Below are positions 62,309 to 64,000 of a stretch of DNA of 64,000 nucleotides, piece after piece. The notes beneath the pieces are model-generated. The model did no database searches. It saw only the letters and a program-made list of their open reading frames with translations, and was not told where the DNA came from. Each line of letters opens with the position of its first letter. The first letter of the stretch is position 1. The position numbers and the translations under genes were made by a program. Source of the stretch: Massalongia carnosa (lineage: Eukaryota); the NCBI GenBank assembly GCA_965645245.1, contig OZ287071.1:1426001-1490000 (forward strand). The letters run 5' to 3'.

Positions 62309-64000
62309 ATGATATCGCTAGCAGACCTCCGTGAGTGTTGGGATTTTGCCTCTTCCCCTCAGGATCAAGACCGAACGCTTACGATCAAGTAAGCCGCTGA
62401 TATTCTCTACAACATCTTCCCATATCTGAGTGCAGCCGAATTCCTTGCAGTAACGGCTTCTACTGTAAAGTCCATGTCTCAGTTATTAATTGGTTTGCTC
62501 GCTTGCAAGCTGCCCTAGCTTACTTATGTGCTCGATCAGAGAGCTCTCTTTCCCTACCGCCAAGACCCTACATTCTGGCGTGCTCTGACTCGAAAAACCT
62601 TTCGAATCCCCCCCCAACCTCTTCTTCAGGCAGATGGTGCTCGATGGCAATGGCTCTACAAGTATCTTCTCACTCGGACACAGCTCTTTACGTGGGGAAG
62701 CGACGCCAATGGAAACCTAGGACCTAGAAATCCCGCCTTAGCAAATGGCAAACATCCTGAAAAAAACTCGTGGCCGAGAAGGGTGATCGTAGACGATGAT
62801 GTTGGCGTGGTAGCGGATGTCCAGTGCGGGTAAGATACAGGCTTTCATCTCCCTTCACTGATTCGTCTCTTGGGCTTGTTTTTCACGATGTGGTTAGTGC
62901 ACGTATGCGCTTGTTTTAATCTCTACACATTTTTTTCATTGGTTTTTGGCCTGCAATGATGGATAAAATGACGCTAACCGATAGCAAGGGGATGGTCCAC
63001 ATATATTCTGAACTCTATCGGGGTCATCTATATGTTTGGAATTTTTAATGGAATGGTTGACAATGGGTATAGCCCTTTAAAAAGGATGCTTATATTTCCT
63101 TCGGCATACCCTACCACTACGGCGTCAAGATACGAACCCAGCACAGCGATACAGCAGTGCTCTGCTGGCCGTTCCCATATTATAGGGCTTGCAGATAATG
63201 GCAACGTATGGCTGTGGACGAATGATATGGCTGTAGCTGTGCAACCTCTCGGTATAGATATATCCGGGGGAAGAGTGAAGAGGGTCGTCGCAGGTAGGAT
63301 CTGACATGGTTTCATAACCTAAACCTTCATTGATTAATTGAATAGGCTGGGATCGAAGCTCTATCTACGTCAATAGTGTCGGCATTCTGTATTGGCCCCC
63401 TGGGAAGGGATATTTGAATCAAGACGACTTATCTTCAAACATCCAACTTATAGAACCGGTGGTTATCCCAGGGACGGGGTATCGCCGAAAACGCAATGAT
63501 CGAATCCTCGATACGCTTGACTCTCGCATCGGCCAAGTCATTAATTACATTGTGCTAGAAGGTTACGTTGTCTTTACCACCGACCTCGACAAGATATTCT
63601 CTTACAAGACCCCCTACCCTCTTTCAGAGCAAGCTCTGCCCGAGCCCGTCGAACTCACCACATTTTATCCAGAATCCTCTCAGTCCTCGTTCGGCATTCG
63701 TGACCTTCAAGGCTCCTTCCGATCCTTCGCTCTTTTCACCAAATCCGGCGCCGTCCTCACGGCTTCCTGCCCCCTCCTTGATATCTTCCATTCACAGCCC
63801 AACACAGGCCCTCTCCCCCACCCCACAATCATTCCTGGGCTCCAGGGTCATTCCGTCATATCACTCGCTTTCGGCGACCACCATTTTCACGCCCTCCACG
63901 CTAACGGCACCATTTCATCATACGGCACTGAACCCCAGGGGTGTGGTGCGCTCGGACTAGGGCAGTACGGCACAGCAATTTTGCGCGGCGTCCAAGCCGG
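62309..64000 (+). CDS. SAF1: F-box / RCC1-repeat protein, Saf1-like (3' end beyond the window)
   Basis: F-box LADLP|ADILYNIFPYL. RCC1-type repeats LFTWGSDANGNLG, DVQCG|GWST, QCSAGRSHIIGLADNGNVWLW, VVAG|WDRS, SLAFGDHHFHALHANGTISSYG. Confidence 0.8.

Noticed and set aside
3628..64000. Ubiquitin-related gene cluster (Irc20, arrestin, Vps2, CAND1, F-box)
   Set aside because: The genes are scattered among unrelated housekeeping genes, and such functions are common enough to co-occur by chance.

Overview
Gene-dense, intron-containing genomic DNA from a filamentous ascomycete (Pezizomycotina, inferred from the gene set, short introns with CTAAC branch points and an unsplit CAND1). About 18 protein-coding genes can be supported. 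They encode a Pth11-like membrane protein, an Irc20/SHPRH-type SNF2-RING protein, an Aro80-like Zn2Cys6 factor, a Tea4/Bud14-like SH3 protein, a DUF676-like hydrolase, a Clg1-like cyclin, Fzo1, Vps2, Dpb11/Rad4, an alpha-arrestin, Hem3, a type II NADH dehydrogenase, Ptc1, CAND1, a hypothetical protein, an RGS membrane protein, a PLAC8 protein and a truncated Saf1-like F-box/RCC1 protein. Mobile DNA is limited to a degenerate Tc1-type DD34E transposon with TIRs and a candidate LTR. The least explained part is a ~10 kb stretch with no recognisable gene between the cyclin and FZO1. It holds uORFs, a (GGCTAA) array and a ~1.7 kb segment dense in nested helices whose G-U pairs favour a + strand structured non-coding RNA. 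All calls were made by eye, and exon boundaries and start codons are approximate where stated.
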